Source: the human T2T-CHM13v2.0 reference genome, Homo sapiens
Assembly: GCF_009914755.1 (NCBI RefSeq)
Contig: NC_060926.1
DNA length: 64,000 nt
Strand: one strand, 5' to 3'
Below the pieces are notes generated by a model that was not told the origin of the DNA, did no database searches, and saw only the letters and a program-made list of their open reading frames with translations. The position numbers and the translations under genes were made by a program. Positions 10,666 to 25,104 of the stretch are shown piece by piece. Positions within the stretch are counted from its first letter, which is position 1. Each line of letters starts with the position of its first letter.

Positions 10666-11095
10666 TCTGGCTGTCAGTTTGGGACTGAACAAAGGAGGAC
10701 AAAGGTAGAAATGAAGACAAAGACAAAAGGATCTGTTTTAAAGAAGGAGTCAGGGGCTCCTTGCTTCTAGGGAACAGGGGCCCTGAGCTTCTACAGCCCT
10801 TCATATTTATTAGGTAGAATCAACAGAGAGGAAGAGGTAATGGTTGGTCAGCTGCTTGATTTATCAAAGGCTTTCATAATTGTTTTATTTATACAACAGG
10901 CCCCAGATGTTCCTATAGATAACCACAAGGAACACTGCCCCTGGGGCGTGAATGCCTTCAGCATTCCTTCTGGCAGCAGACGCAGTTGTCAGCTTGCCAA
11001 CATCCTGCATTCATGGGAACAGTTTGCTGTTTGCTCATATAGCCTCCAGTGGTATACTGAGTTGGCCACGACCCTCATTCTTTCAGCCTCCAACA
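10666..11095 (-). mobile_element. Solo LTR3-type LTR (HERV-K/HML-6, class II)
   Basis: The minus strand begins TGTTGGAGGCTGAAAGAATGAGGGTCGTGGCCAACTCAGTATACCACTGGAGGCTATATGAGC. The 6-bp TSD ATAAAT at 10660-10665 and 11096-11101 is typical of ERVK. Confidence 0.8.
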
Positions 11096-12244
11096 ATAAA
11101 TGTTTTAGGTAAACTTTTGTATAAATTAAAATGTTAAAGTTATTTTTGACATTCATTTAATATCTGGGTCATTTCTGATTAGGAAAGGTTTGGAATATGG
11201 GGAAATATGCTTCTAAAATTGTGAAAATGTTATCTCAAGACTTCTTGCTTTTTCAGGTTTAACTAAAGTTTTAGGATAAGAATTCTAGTTAACATGTAAT
11301 TCTGTATACAAAATGTGCCAAAAAGGGTTATATTATTACAGAGAAAAATTAATTTTGTCTAATTTGGAAGTTATCCAATAGTTAGTTCAAATTACAGATT
11401 TTAAAATGTTATTTATGGAACAGTGTAGTAAGGAACTATTAAAGGAGAAAGATGAGGAAAATTTTGGATGATAAAACATTCTTTAAAATCTAATAGGGAA
11501 TTGGAGACATTTGGCTAATTAACTTTTTCATACTTAAATCCCTTAGTGAAGTCATTATTTCTTCCATTTATCTGGAATTCCTAAGCTACATTTGTTGGGG
11601 CCAGAGGAATTAATGGAGCACACTAGCCTTTTAACCTTAAACTAACTATTTGGATTTAGGCTTCCTGATACTTTAAATGTGTTCAGTATACTCTCATAAA
11701 TAGAATTTAAAAATAGAATTTAAGTCATATTTCTCTCTCTTTGCCTAATTTCTCCAAAATTTGTAAACTGTTTGTAAATATTTTTAATTCATGGCAATGT
11801 GTTTGTTTGCATACAGTCCAGCAGGGTCACTAGGGCCACTTAGGGAGAGAACCCAGAAACCTGACATGCTGGCAAAAGGGTGAAAAATTCTTACCAGTCT
11901 CTGGCCTCTTTCTCTCTGTGCAGACTGGTTAAATGAAAAGTAAAAGTCACTGTTTATCTCCTCTGTAAAGTTTTAATTAATGAAAAAGTATTTGTGAGGT
12001 TGTTCTTAAGCTATAGCCAATCTGGTGTGCTTTGTGTGTCTTTCTGTACAGTTCTGTCAAAAGAAAGGGTACCTCAGGATAGAATGCAGGCCTAGGACCC
12101 CATATGTTTGCTGTTCAAGCCAATCCAACAAAGTGGTCAGTAACAAATTTGGCCACAGGCCTCCATCTGGTTTCATGTCCTTGGGAACATGACCTGTAAT
12201 CACATGGAAATACTTTTAGTCTCAACCATTTTACAATGGCGGCT

Positions 12245-12671
12245 GTCTTCTGGTGCTTAGTCAGTTCCTGGGAGGGGGCTACAAAATCAGATAAGCCAGT
12301 TTATCAATCTGGGTGGTCCCAGCTGATCCATTAAGTATAAGGTTTACAAGATATCTTAAGCACAGATCTTGAGAGTAGTTTAGGGAGGGTCAAAATCTTA
12401 TAGCCTTCATCTGTGTGACTCCTAAGCCATGGTCTCTAATCTTGTGACTAGTTTCATTATCTGTTCCCCAGGCAAGAGGGAAGTATATTTTAGGAAGGGG
12501 CTATTATCATCTTTGTTTTGGACTGTAAACTGTAAACCAGGCTCCTCCCAGAGTTAGTTCAGCCTACGCCCAGGGATAGGCAAGGACATCTTGAGGGCAG
12601 GAAGCATGATGGAGTTTGTTGGGTTGGATCTCTTTCACTGTCTCAGTCACAATTTTGCAATGATGTTTTCA
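12245..12671 (-). mobile_element. LTR8-like LTR fragment embedded in MER4-group internal sequence
   Basis: The minus strand starts TGAAAACATCATTGCAAAATTGTGACTGAGACAGTGAAAGAGATCC. It is homologous to the LTR at 60191-60900. Confidence 0.75.
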
Positions 12672-13699
12672 AAACCTGCTTACCCTCTCCTTTGAAAATA
12701 CCTTGTACACTCGCAAGTAAGTCATAATCTAATTAATGCTTGTTGGTTTCACCTATAAGGGTACTTTTTGTAAAGTTCAAAAGCCAAAAATCTTAACTGG
12801 TTGGTGTGGCTTAAGTCAAGTAACAAGGGATTTTAAATGATTTTTTTAAAGAGTGCTCAGCATAATTAAAAGTGGATATCTGTTATAGGTATATTTAAAA
12901 GGACTTTTTATGTTTTTCTCTTCTTGAATCTTGTTTTTCTGGAAAAAAAGTTTTTTTTTTTTTCTTCTCAGTCGACTGAGTTATTTCTTGCCATTCTTAA
13001 TGCAAATGAAAGGCCCCAAGGTAACTTCTGGTAGCCAGGGACTCCTTGGGAAAAACAGAGGAGGTGCCACAGATCCCAATTTGGGAAAAAAAAAACTCTG
13101 TCTTCCTCATGAAACCTCAAGAATTAAAAGTGAATAGATCCCTCTCAATATCAAAGGCTCTGTTCTGTTTTGTATTGTGTTATCTGATGGTTTTAAGGTT
13201 TTGGGGCATCAGAAATTACTTTGCATTATGAGAGAACTTTGGTGTGTAATAACTAGGTAGAAAATATACTTTAAGTGTTGGCTAATAGTAACTATGAAGG
13301 GATACTTAACTCTTTGCACATTTGAATTGAAGAAGCATGGTTTTGGCCACCTGAAAAATATGGAAACATCCCCACCACCTATTAAGAGATGAGACTTCCA
13401 TGACAGATGGGCTAATTACAAAATTGATTGATTGGCTTTGGGTTGCCTTGCAATGAAATGAATGGTAGAAGCAATGCACTGTCTTCTCCCTTGCTATCTC
13501 CCTCCTTTTGGGAACCCAAGATCCAATATAAAATAGCACACTTAATTTTGGCGATCTGCCTTTGCTTCACTGTGCCTGCTTATTAAGCCCTAAAGATGCA
13601 TGCTTTCCTGGCCCTGTTCCTCCAAAGGCTCCACCCTGAAGCCAGTAATCCAATTAAGAAACTAGAAATAAAAAATCTTACAAACACTAAATCTTCAGA

Positions 13700-13752
13700 C
13701 TGTCTGTCTGTCTCTCTCTCTGTCTCTCTCTCTCTCTCTATATATATATATA
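13700..13752. repeat. (TC)n(TA)n microsatellite
   Basis: TGTCTGTCTGTCTCTCTCTC...TCTCTATATATATATATA. Confidence 0.9.
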
Positions 13753-13810
13753 GTGTGTAATGTCTATAAAAACGAAGCTATAATTAATTGGCTTAAAAAA
13801 TAAGCACTTA

Positions 13811-14092
<282 letters not shown>

Positions 14093-14873
14093 AAAAATAA
14101 GTGCTTAAATCAAATATTTTTTAAAGGAAAGATAAAAGCTGTAATGCCTTTTATGTTATGTGACTTTAATCATTCAAAAAAAGTCTTAAGAGATCGTTGG
14201 TAAAACACATATATCATCAAAATGTAAATAGGTGGTCTAAGTCATATAAGTCAGACACTAGGTTTGCTAAGTGTTTCAAGGCTGTAAACTGCATGCTTTA
14301 CAACTTGGTAAGGCCCAGGGACATATGAAATTAACCACATCCCTAAATAGGCTGGAAATAGACTTTCTCTATGCCTAATATGTAATCAAAATAAGTTACT
14401 AGGTTTCACACTAAAGTTAAAAATTTATAAAAGTTACCATCATAACATGTAATTTAAACTATTAAAAGTAAATTCACATGTATGATGTGTAAAAACAATA
14501 GAATGTGTTCTAGTAAAATATTATAAGCCAAGGAAATGTAAAATGTAAATTTTGCCTAGTCATGAAGGATTGTCTTAAATTAGACAAGAAAGATGAAGGT
14601 TTAAGAAAGTTATAGAAAGACTGTAAAAATTAATCTTGCAAAACTCCCATGTGTAAACATTAACTAAATTCAAAAGGGTATTATAGGATCTTTTCATAAA
14701 TTGAGCATTGAAATAAACACACAGCAAGGTTGTCTTAAGACACTCTTCTGTCCTTTAGCAAAAAGGTTATAAAAGGTTTGTAAAGACTTCACATCAAAGT
14801 TAAATTGGTTAAGATTAGATGGAATCCTCTATAAGGTTTTATTTTAAAAATTGGGGTTAACATTAATAAACTA

Positions 14874-15197
14874 GGCCTGGTGCAGTGGCTCATGCCTGTA
14901 ATCCCAGCACTTTGGGAGGCTGAGGCAGGTGGATCATCTGAGGTTGGGAGTTTGAGACCAGCCTGACCAACATGGAGAAACCCCATCTTTACTAAAAACA
15001 CAAAATAAGCTGGGCATGGTGGTGCATGCCTCTAATCCCAGCTACTCAGGAGGCTGAGGTAGGAGAATTGTTTGAACCCAGGAGGTGGAAGTTGTGGTGA
15101 GCAGAGGTCATGCCATTGCACTCTAGGATGGGCAACAAGAGAGAAGCTCCATCTCAAAAAAGAAAAAAAAAGAAAAAGAAAAAGAGAGAAAGAAAAC
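14874..15197 (+). mobile_element. AluSp-like element
   Basis: Full dimer with GAGGTTGGGAGTTTGAGACCAGCCTGACCAACATGGAGAAACCCC, an A-rich tail and a degenerate TSD ending TAAACTA. Confidence 0.92.
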
Positions 15198-16499
15198 AAT
15201 ATTGTTAAACTAATTCAAGGGTAAAATTTGGCTTTGATCAGGATTTTCATGTAATAGTAAAAGCTAATGAAAGGTTTTTGCCTTTTGAGTCATCATTTTG
15301 GCAAAATAAGTAATTTATAGTAATCTGGAATTCTATTTCATAACATCGAGTGTTTTAAGCCTCTAACATAGTTAGCAGGTTTCCAAAAATCAAACATCGG
15401 TTTCAAAATTGTCTTTCCTAATGCCTGGCTCCTTGGATGAATCAGAAGGCCCCCAAAAAACATCTAGAAAAGAGGTAAACTGAATTATTCAACATGTTTA
15501 GCTACGTGGGATTGCCAAATGATATTCAATCTTCTTTAGGTTATATTATTGTGAATAATATTAATATATGTTCCAAAATGGTATGGGATTTCTAAAATTC
15601 TAATGTCTAATTATGTGGTGTAATTATGGTTATTATGTTATTATAAACCACAGAATAACCAAATTACCTTGTATAAAGCTGCTAACCAAGTAGAATAAAA
15701 AATTAAATACCAAAAAATAGTTTGTCAGATTTTTATGTTAAACCAGCTGATACTGAAATTGTTTAAATATACAATTTGAATAAATTCCACGGTCTAAGTC
15801 AAATTACCTATGATAACCCATCGTTTATCAGTGCTATGCACTTAATTTGGAAAAACAACTGGTATTCAAGAGGATATAAGTCTAATGTTAATTAAGCATG
15901 GGCTCATGGAAAACCAGGATGACTACCTTGTTTTTCCTGAGTCCTGAAACTTTTATTATTAAAAGTTCTGCATTCCATGACTCATCATGGAGAAGATAAA
16001 GTAATCCAAATAGAATATATTGGTGTGGTAACTTACAAATTACTAAAATAGTTTATAACCAATGGTTGGCCCCATATTCCTGGGAAAACAGTTAAAGCTT
16101 CAGGTACATTTGGTTACCTGGTGGGACATTTAAACATTTTATAAAGGAATTTCATTCAATGGTTATTTTCAATGCATGTTTTCTGATTGTATAAAAGCTT
16201 TCCCATGCAAGAGGGTTGATGTTATAACAGATTATTATACTACAGTGTATTTTCACTAGATAAATAGCTTTTTATGATTTAGATCTTCTGAGTACATCAG
16301 AGAAAGACTGTCCTTGACATACACAATACAACAAAACTTTGAGAAATGGAACTTTGGGTTCATAATCTTGCAACTGAGAAGGGTCTTTCCACACTCTTGG
16401 GATAGACATAGATTGGATGAAGAATCCTAATTTCCCTTCCCCACCAAACCCTATCCCTTACCTTCACTTTCAGCCTCATCTAAATTTCCATTTCACATC

Positions 16500-16560
16500 T
16501 GCATGTGTGTGTGTGTGTGTGTGTGTATGTGTGTGTATGCGTGCATGTGTGCACATGTGT
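16500..16560. repeat. (TG)n microsatellite
   Basis: TGTGTGTG...TATGTGTGTGTATGCGTGCATGTGTG. Confidence 0.9.
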
Positions 16561-17009
16561 TCTGGTCGGGGCTGAGATGGAGGTGTTAAAATATCCAATG
16601 AGTTGATATTTTTATTGGTTGTTTTCTAAGATATTTTGGTGCCACTCACACTCGTTGTCTGGAGGTAAATTTCTTGCCATCTTTTACACATTTAAATTCA
16701 TCCTTTAATATTCTTCTTATAGAGAAGTAGCCAGAACTGAATTCAATCTTTCTGAGCCCAGTTGTATGTCTCTAGCTTTCTTGGTTTAATGGTTATGTCA
16801 TATGATTGTTTTCATTTAAAGTCTTCCCTTTCAGTTTGTAGAGTTAGTTTTCACCATTATTGCAAACAAAGTATAATTTTTATATGATATCATGCTACTT
16901 TATTATATGTTATGTGAGTTTTTTATGTTAAATTATTTGAAATTTTTCATTTGTATACTATAATACACCCACCTGTTCAACCTTTTTTAAAAAGAATGGA
17001 GAGAGAAAT

Positions 17010-17230
17010 TACTAGCACTACTAAAGCATCTATTCAGTGCCAGGCACTGTGCTGTAACCTCAGTGTACATTTTCTTATTTATTCTCAAATCAACCTTTTA
17101 AAGTAAGCAATATTATTTACATTTTTAAATGGAAAACCAGGTTCAAAGAATCTAATTAAAATGCTGCAGCATATACAACTTGTTAGAGAAAAATCAGAAG
17201 GTGAGCCAATATTTGTTATTTTCAAAGCTC
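17010..17230 (-). mobile_element. MIR SINE, degenerate
   Basis: AGCATCTATTCAGTGCCAGGCACTGTGCT...TATTATTTACATTTTTAAATGGAAAACCAGGTTCAAAGA, an antisense MIR core. Confidence 0.6.
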
Positions 17231-18019
17231 AATGATACACGACTTTGAAATCTTCAGAGCGCAGCAATGGAATAGTTTGAATATATTTTATAGAAAGATT
17301 AGCAAAAATAGATTCTGTATTGTTATGTTTTGCAATAGCATACATGTTAGAATTTTGAGTTTCTTTTTTTCATATTTCTAAGACAATATATATTACCTGT
17401 TTAATATGCTGTGAAATTTACAAGAACTAGCTAGAATTTGCATGCTCTAGTGCACTAATGGTGAAAGTAGAAGTTATTTTTACAATGATTAAATTATGAA
17501 CATAACGTATACATGATTTAGCTAATAATATCTTCTTTTCAATTATTATACATTTTTGAGAAATATGTAATTAAACAGCATTTAAACCAATAAATATTAC
17601 TCCTTGATTTTGTGTGTAACAACCCTGTTAGAAACCCTACGCCAAATGATAAGTAAAGGAGCACTGCAATTTTCTCGGGTGGTGATTTGATTACCCAAGA
17701 ACCATTCCCTTGTGCTAACCATGTTTTCCCAATGCTACTGCTACCAGCTTTTCAACCTTGATAAATAAGCCTAAACTTATTCGTCGCTTTGGCATGTTGA
17801 GATTTTGGTGACACTTTCTTTATTTGTTCTTCCAAAGCAACACCTGCCCTAGTTACAGCATTGTGAGATTTAGTACTGACAACATTTTTTTTAAGCATCG
17901 CAGGGGTCCCTCACTCAATGCTAGCAGTTGGAGGACCATCGTTTAGCTTCCTGCCCCTAAAATTTGTGTGAGATGCAGTTTTAGAGAACACTATTTTCCT
18001 AGTCCAGTCATCTCAATGA

Positions 18020-18339
<320 letters not shown>

Positions 18340-19769
18340 TAGCCTTCACTTCCTATCCATAACATTAACAGGGTTGGCTGAAACATCCTATCTCATTGGT
18401 CTATTTATTTAATTGATGTTCCTGGTCATTAGTTTGGAAACATGGCAGATGTACCCATGTAATTTTGGTGCCATCAGGAAATAGGAAAACCATTGCATTA
18501 ATATGCATTCACTTATGTGCTTTACAGGCTTTGGTGAAAGAGATGGTCTTCATGTGTAATCCTTGCAGAGGAATTTTCTGGACCCGTATGCTTTCTTTCT
18601 GGCAGTTAAGAACTTCATTTGATTATTGTGACCATTCAAAGCCCACAAATCCCACTAAGTATAAGGAAATGGTAGAAACCGTGACTGCTCTTTGCAAACC
18701 ACATACTGATGAGGCTCTAAATAACTTTGAGGATCACTGTATGCATCTGGAAAAAAGAAATCTGACAGCTAATTTTTATGCAGATAATTTTAAGGAAAGG
18801 AAGATCAAAATTTAAATAGAAATTCTAAGTCATAGGGTAGACTTGTTGATACATGAAAGCATCTTAACTGTTATTACTTAAGAAAAGCAATGGCAATGGC
18901 TCTTTATTATACTTTTTAAGAGATATAAAATAAAATAATTTTACCCATGATTTATTTATTTATCAATGCCATGAAATTGCATCTGGTTTCTGGAGAAGTT
19001 TTAAGAATTAGGCAGCTGGACAGTGACCTTGGAATGTTAGTCTCATTACTCTGCATTCCAGCCACTTCAGTCTGACCTCCTGTACAATAAGGAGGAGTTA
19101 TCTCTTGACAGTACAGCAGCGATATCAAACAGTTTGTGAGCATTATCCAGGAAGAGGAGAGACTCCACTTTCACTTTCCACAGAATGCTAAAATCATCTT
19201 TTTTGGACTTCAAAGGCACTGAAAGAAAATACCTCAGGTATTCACAAAGATAGCATCTTAGCAGAGGTAAAGGTGATTCTGCTTATTGCCATGACTAAAT
19301 GAAATAATGTTTATAAAGCACTTTATCCAGTTCCTAGTCCATAAGAGCTTGAGTATCATATATTTCTTTTCTAATGGGGTTAAGGTTTTTGTATTATCAT
19401 TAATAAGTTGTTTATATTAATGTTAATATTTATTTTTCTAATGAATAGGTAATGACTGGAATGACACAGTCTTTCATGTTTTTACTAAGTGGTCACCGTT
19501 TTAAGGTATTGCCTCTTTTAATACACTTCTCTTTGCTAAGTACCAACATATGTTCCATTTCTGCCAGCACTCCATAGGATACGTGAAATGTGAAGAAGTC
19601 TCTGTGTCTATACTTTTAATCACACATCAAATGAGACACAACTTAAACAGAGAAGTCACTAACAGATATCGGCATACACTACATGCCAAGTTGGTAGATG
19701 AGAGTCACTATTTTATCATGACTAAGTACATGACTTTACTCATGAAGCTTTATTCTAGTGAAGGCTCTG

Positions 19770-19910
19770 AAACCTAGGAAAAGTAACCTATGCTTTCTTA
19801 ATCCACTTATTATTATTCTTATGACTTGCTTTGTAAAACAGAAATACTACTGCTACCTATCAAGTAGTGTTCTGAGGTTTAATGTGATCAATATGTATAA
19901 AGCAGTTAGC
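19770..19910 (+). mobile_element. MIR fragment
   Basis: TTGTAAAACAGAAATACTACTGCTACCTATCAAGTAGTGTTCTGAGGTTTAATGTGATCAATATGTATAAAGCAGTTAGC. Confidence 0.5.
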
Positions 19911-19968
19911 TTTTAAAGAATGTTGAGAGATGTGAGGGCTTATGTTGCTAAAATCCCAATTTGTGAGT

Positions 19969-20331
19969 TGATATGGTTTGGCTGTGTCCCCACCCAAATC
20001 TCATCTTAAATTGTAGCTACCATAATCCCCATGTGTCATGGGAGAAACCTGGTGGGAGGAAATTGTATCATGGGGGTGGGTTTTTCCTGTGCTGTTTTCA
20101 TGATAGTGAATAAGTCTCACGAGATCTGACGGTTTTACAAAAGACTGTTCCCCTGCACATGCTCTCTTGTCTGCCACCATGTAAGACATGTCTTTGCCCC
20201 TCCTTCACCTTCTGCCATGATTGTGAGGCCTCCCAAGCCACGTAGAACTGTAAGTCCATTAAACCTCTTTCCTTTATAAATTATCCAGTATCAGGTATGT
20301 CCTTATAGCAGTGTGATAATGGATTGATACA
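19969..20331 (+). mobile_element. Solo THE1 LTR (THE1C-like)
   Basis: TGATATGGTTTGGCTGTGTCCCCACCCAAATC...GATTGATACA, with TSD TGAGT at 19964-19968 and 20332-20336. Confidence 0.93.
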
Positions 20332-21527
20332 TGAGTGCACAGGAACTTGGCTGGTTGATGACTGAAGAAGTAGGCAAGGTTTTCATCAAAGCATCTCTCA
20401 AATGCATCCCTTCCCTCAATCCTCATTCCCAACCACTACATTCCCAGTATGTTGTCAGTCCTAAGTTTGCTCTTTGGTTGTTAGGAAATTCACCAACTTC
20501 ACTTCAGAAACCAAAGATAGGAAAGAGGTGAAAGTATAGCTTATTTTATTATGTAATATTATCCTCCTCTTATCTACACAGTTATCAGGTTAATCACCAT
20601 TGTCATCCTCATCTGCTATTCATGTAATCACTCTGATTTTTCCTAGAAGGCTCTTGTCCAATGATTTTATTTGCTTTTCTCGATGGGCTATGTACTGCTA
20701 TATTACTTCCCTGCTAATTTGGTTTTGGACTTTACATATATTCTAATTTATTTGCCATGTACAAACTCAGCTTTAACAGTGATTAGTGTAGCACAATTTC
20801 TACCTATTGAAATGAAAATAACAAGGTAATGTTAGAAGGCAAACATATCTACAAATGCAGTTTGAATCCCCGGCTATACTAATTATGTAAGTGATTTTAT
20901 TATATTTTATATCCATCCCATTGACTAATATTACACATTTTTATAGACAATTTCACAAATACTGAACAAAATTAAGTTGGTGAGAAAGGGGATTGTATTC
21001 TGTATCTCTACTATGCTTCAGGAACATTGTATTTCAAATTTTCTCATTTAATTATATGATAAAAATGTTTTGATCAAATATTCATATATGGAGACTGCTG
21101 TAGATTTTGGGAATAAAGGTAAACATGAGACAAGCATGGGTGCATTTCACATTCCTAATTTTTAAACTCTAAAAATTGTCTGTTGTTTTCTACCCAATAT
21201 AAAATTAATTCCCAAATATGCTTTGAACATTGGATATTTTACAAGTAACAATATTAAAACCCTAAGTAGTATAGACTATCGAGGGTGAGGTGGCTGTAAA
21301 TGTTTATTAGCAATCCGCATATCTTGTTCTTACCCTTAATTTTGCTTCATAAATAAAAGGATGGAAATTGACAAAAAGGTGAAGTCCTTAGGGTTTATAA
21401 TGGATGATTTTGTAAAACAGGAATCTTAAGACATTCTGCCTATCAAGGCTGAATGTACATACACTTGAGAATATATATATGATATGTATACATATTAATA
21501 TAATATATAATAAGTATTAAATAAGTA

Positions 21528-22514
21528 AAGTTTTAAAACTTGTCCAAGCGTAGAACTAATAAGGAGTCCATCTGGGATTCATATTCTGCTGTGTGACTGC
21601 CTTTATCCTTGACAATACTTAATCTTTTGGTAAATTGAATACTTGACTACTGATTTTAGCATAAGAACCAGGTATAAAATATATTTATTTTATATAGATA
21701 TAAAATATATCTTATTTCATATAAAATATAATACTTATTATATAATACATTATTATATATAATGTATCTATCTTTATATAATGTATATATAACATTATAT
21801 GTCTTAAATGTATATTATATATCTTATTTTATATAAAATATAATCATAAAATATAATATTTATATAAAATATACATATGTATTATTTTGTAAATAATAAA
21901 TATATTATACATATATTTTTAATGATATATAATAATAAATATATAATACTATCTAATAATTATAATAAATATGTAATAATAAACATATTATTTTATTAAT
22001 TTTATTTATAAATAAATATGTCTTATTTTATATAAAATATAACATTATTTTATAAAGAATAAATATATTTAATAATATATACTACTAAATATATAAATAC
22101 TATATAATAATTATAATATACAATGCTATTTTATACATTTTATTTTATACATAAATATAATATTTTATATAAAACTTATTTCATATATTATATATAAGTA
22201 TAAATATAAACTTATAAATTAGTACAGATAAGTATTATATATGTATAAATATAATATTTCATATATTATATATACTTATTCATGTATTATATAAGTATTA
22301 TATTTTACATAAAATGAGATAATATATTTTATACCTATATATAATAAATATTATATTTTATATCTTGTTCTTATGCTGAAATCAATAATCAAGTATTCAA
22401 TTTACCCAAAGACTAAGTATTTTTAAGGGAAAAGTCAAGACAGAGTCACACAGCAGAATATAAATCGCAGATGGACTCCTTGTTAGTTCTATGTTTAGAC
22501 AAGTTTTAAAACTT
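21528..22514. repeat. ~1 kb imperfect palindrome: inverted arms of ~230 bp around an almost pure A/T spacer (PATRR-like)
   Basis: 21528-~21750 is the reverse complement of ~22282-22514, e.g. TAAGGAGTCCATCTGGGATTCATATTCTGCTGTGTGACT versus AGTCACACAGCAGAATATAAATCGCAGATGGACTCCTTG. Confidence 0.92.
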
Positions 22515-22640
22515 GCTTCATCTCAGTTGTGTTTCTTCATCTGTTCACTGAGCATAATAATACTTTATATCTATCTATCAGATTATCTGAGGTTTAAATG
22601 ATAAATATGATTCTATATAAATATTGTGTACTCAAATAGT
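22440..22640 (+). mobile_element. MIR, degenerate; its 5' part lies in the right palindrome arm
   Basis: GACAAGTT...GCTTCATCTCAGTTGTGTTTCTTCATCTGT...GCATAATAATAC...TGAGGTTTAAATGA. Confidence 0.5.
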
Positions 22641-22924
22641 ATTAGATTTCACTAAATAGGAGCATTTTAGCTATAATATAGGACATTTTCAAAGCATTAA
22701 CCATCATATCATATTAGTATACTGCTGACCAAGCAAAGTGGATCACTGACAAGTCTGAAGGAGAGTTGATAAACTAAAATTTATAGTTTTAGATTTTGCT
22801 AATTATATTTCTACATGATTTCTCAAAAATTATTTTCTCTACTATTGTCATAAGAAAAAATACCTCCTTTTCAAGGGGTCATCAGAAACTTGTTTATCTT
22901 ATAGTTTATAATAATACTAATGAG

Positions 22925-23050
22925 AATTTATTTATTTGTTTGTTCAAAAAATATTTAGTGTCCACCTGTTTCCCAATTACTGGGCCACGTACTGGGAAAG
23001 AATGAGAATGTTTAAAAAACAAACAAGCAATCTGTCTTTGTGGTACAATT
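22925..23050 (-). mobile_element. L2 3'-end fragment
   Basis: TTTATTTGTTTGTTCAAAAAATATTTAGTGTCCACCTG...TGGGCCACGTACTGGG. Confidence 0.45.
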
Positions 23051-25104
23051 TTAAAACCTGTAATTTAAATAGATCCCTAATGTTTTCACACAACATATTT
23101 CATTGAATCTTGATAGTAAGCACGTGAGGTGGGTGTTGTAAATATTGAGACAATTTTACTGATGGAAACAATAATGATCAGAAAGTAAAAGAGTTTCTTA
23201 CCTTGCCTAATAATTCCAAATCTCATACCAACAGCACACATCCTAACAGAAGATGTGTATTGTGTGCAACTATTAGTACACAGTGCACCCAGATTGTGGG
23301 TTTTCATGACACAATTGTCAGCAGATATTGGCTCTTTATTGTTTTTAGGGCTTACCTCCATTACCAGATCATCCGTAATTTTCCTTTTTTTTATACTTGC
23401 CATTTCCAATAGCCTGGATCAGGTCTCCTCTTCCATCAGTGCATATAATTGAGAGCTGACTTGCAGTGTGAGAAAGCCTATATTGAACCATTTTCTTAAT
23501 CTAAAAAAATTTCTTTCACCCTCATAATTTTCTGCTTCTTGTTTGAGCTGAAGAATAATAAATGCTTGATTACTTTTTCTTTTATAGCTGCAAGTATTGT
23601 CTATTTCTAGAAAACAGCTATTTGTATATTACATTTTACAAAAGATTAGATCTATCACCTCATTACCTGAGGAGTATGCCTCCATACATAATGTTTATCT
23701 TGCAATCTTTCCTCTACCCTCCCTACTTCAATTATCTTTCTCCCCTTCTGATTGTTTGGCATGTATTGCCTGAATTAGTAGGCCATGAAATGTTCTTTTT
23801 CCTATAACTCAGTCCCTGACATTTCCAAATCTTCCTTGTGAGAGATATCAAAAAGGAGCACTTCATTTCTTTACAGAATTAATAAGATGTGTGGCCTTAA
23901 TTGCAACCTTTTTTGCTAATTAAAATGCAGCAGGAATGCATAATGTCTGAATTTGCTGCTGGAAATATTCATGATTTTAAAATTTTATGCTTTTGAAATT
24001 GTACCTTTTTTGTATATTGAAATATATACGAATATACTGAATCCTGTTGCACAAAACAATGAAGATGGAAAAAAAATAATTTCATTGTTCATTGCCATTT
24101 GTGGCACTCTACCATAGTGAGTGTATTTTGTAATCGTAATTCATTAAGAGCAAGAAAGAGATTTCTGATTCTTACTAAATTTGTTCTCGTGTTTTACTTG
24201 GACAATAGAAATTGCATCCTTAAAGCACTAGCTCACAATTTCTACAGATTAAAAATTGAATAACCTCAAATGCTCAGGAATATCATCTGAAGATATACAG
24301 AATTATTTTTACATGGCAACTTGAACTATGTCCATTCACAAAGACCAATTATGTATATTAAAAAACAATTTGGTCGAAGTAAGACTTTAATTACATATAA
24401 ATGTGAATTAATCCTGATTGCTTTCTTAGTATTAAAGTTCTGAAAATGGGAACATCTGTCTATAGAATATTTTCTAACATATAAACATTCTTTTGGTTAC
24501 TATTGATGATTTTTATACGCTTTTCTCTAAAATGTGCTTGAATGGTCATAGATGAACATAAATTCTATGAGACAGAAGTCCCCATTGCATAGGGAGATAA
24601 CTGCTCTATCTACTTGCCTCAGACTTTCAAATTTTTAAGGTTTTACTATCTCTCTCACAAGTACCTTTTAGTAGGCTTAATCTTTTACTTCCTTCTGGCA
24701 TTTATACGATTACGAGTACATTCTCAAATATGCCAATGTGAGCATTTGAACTTGACAACAAAGGGCATGTCTTGACATGCAGAGATGCGTAGACTACCTG
24801 CAAATAGGCGCATATTTTTTTAAAGACAGTAGTTAGTTCCAAATATATTATTTTATGGATGAACAATTTAATCTAAAGGGGACTATATCAGGATATTGGA
24901 ATCACTTATTGGACCGTAAGAATTGAAACCTAGATCAAATAAATTTGAGTAGAAGGAAAAGGTAAGAGAATGACACAAAAAGCACCCAGAGGAGAGTATT
25001 TCTGTGTAAACAGGTAAATTAATAGGTGGATATTTAATACACAAATTCACATTTGTTTCAAGATTGGCCTTGTGTGTATGGATACTAAAAAGGAAATAAC
25101 GCTA

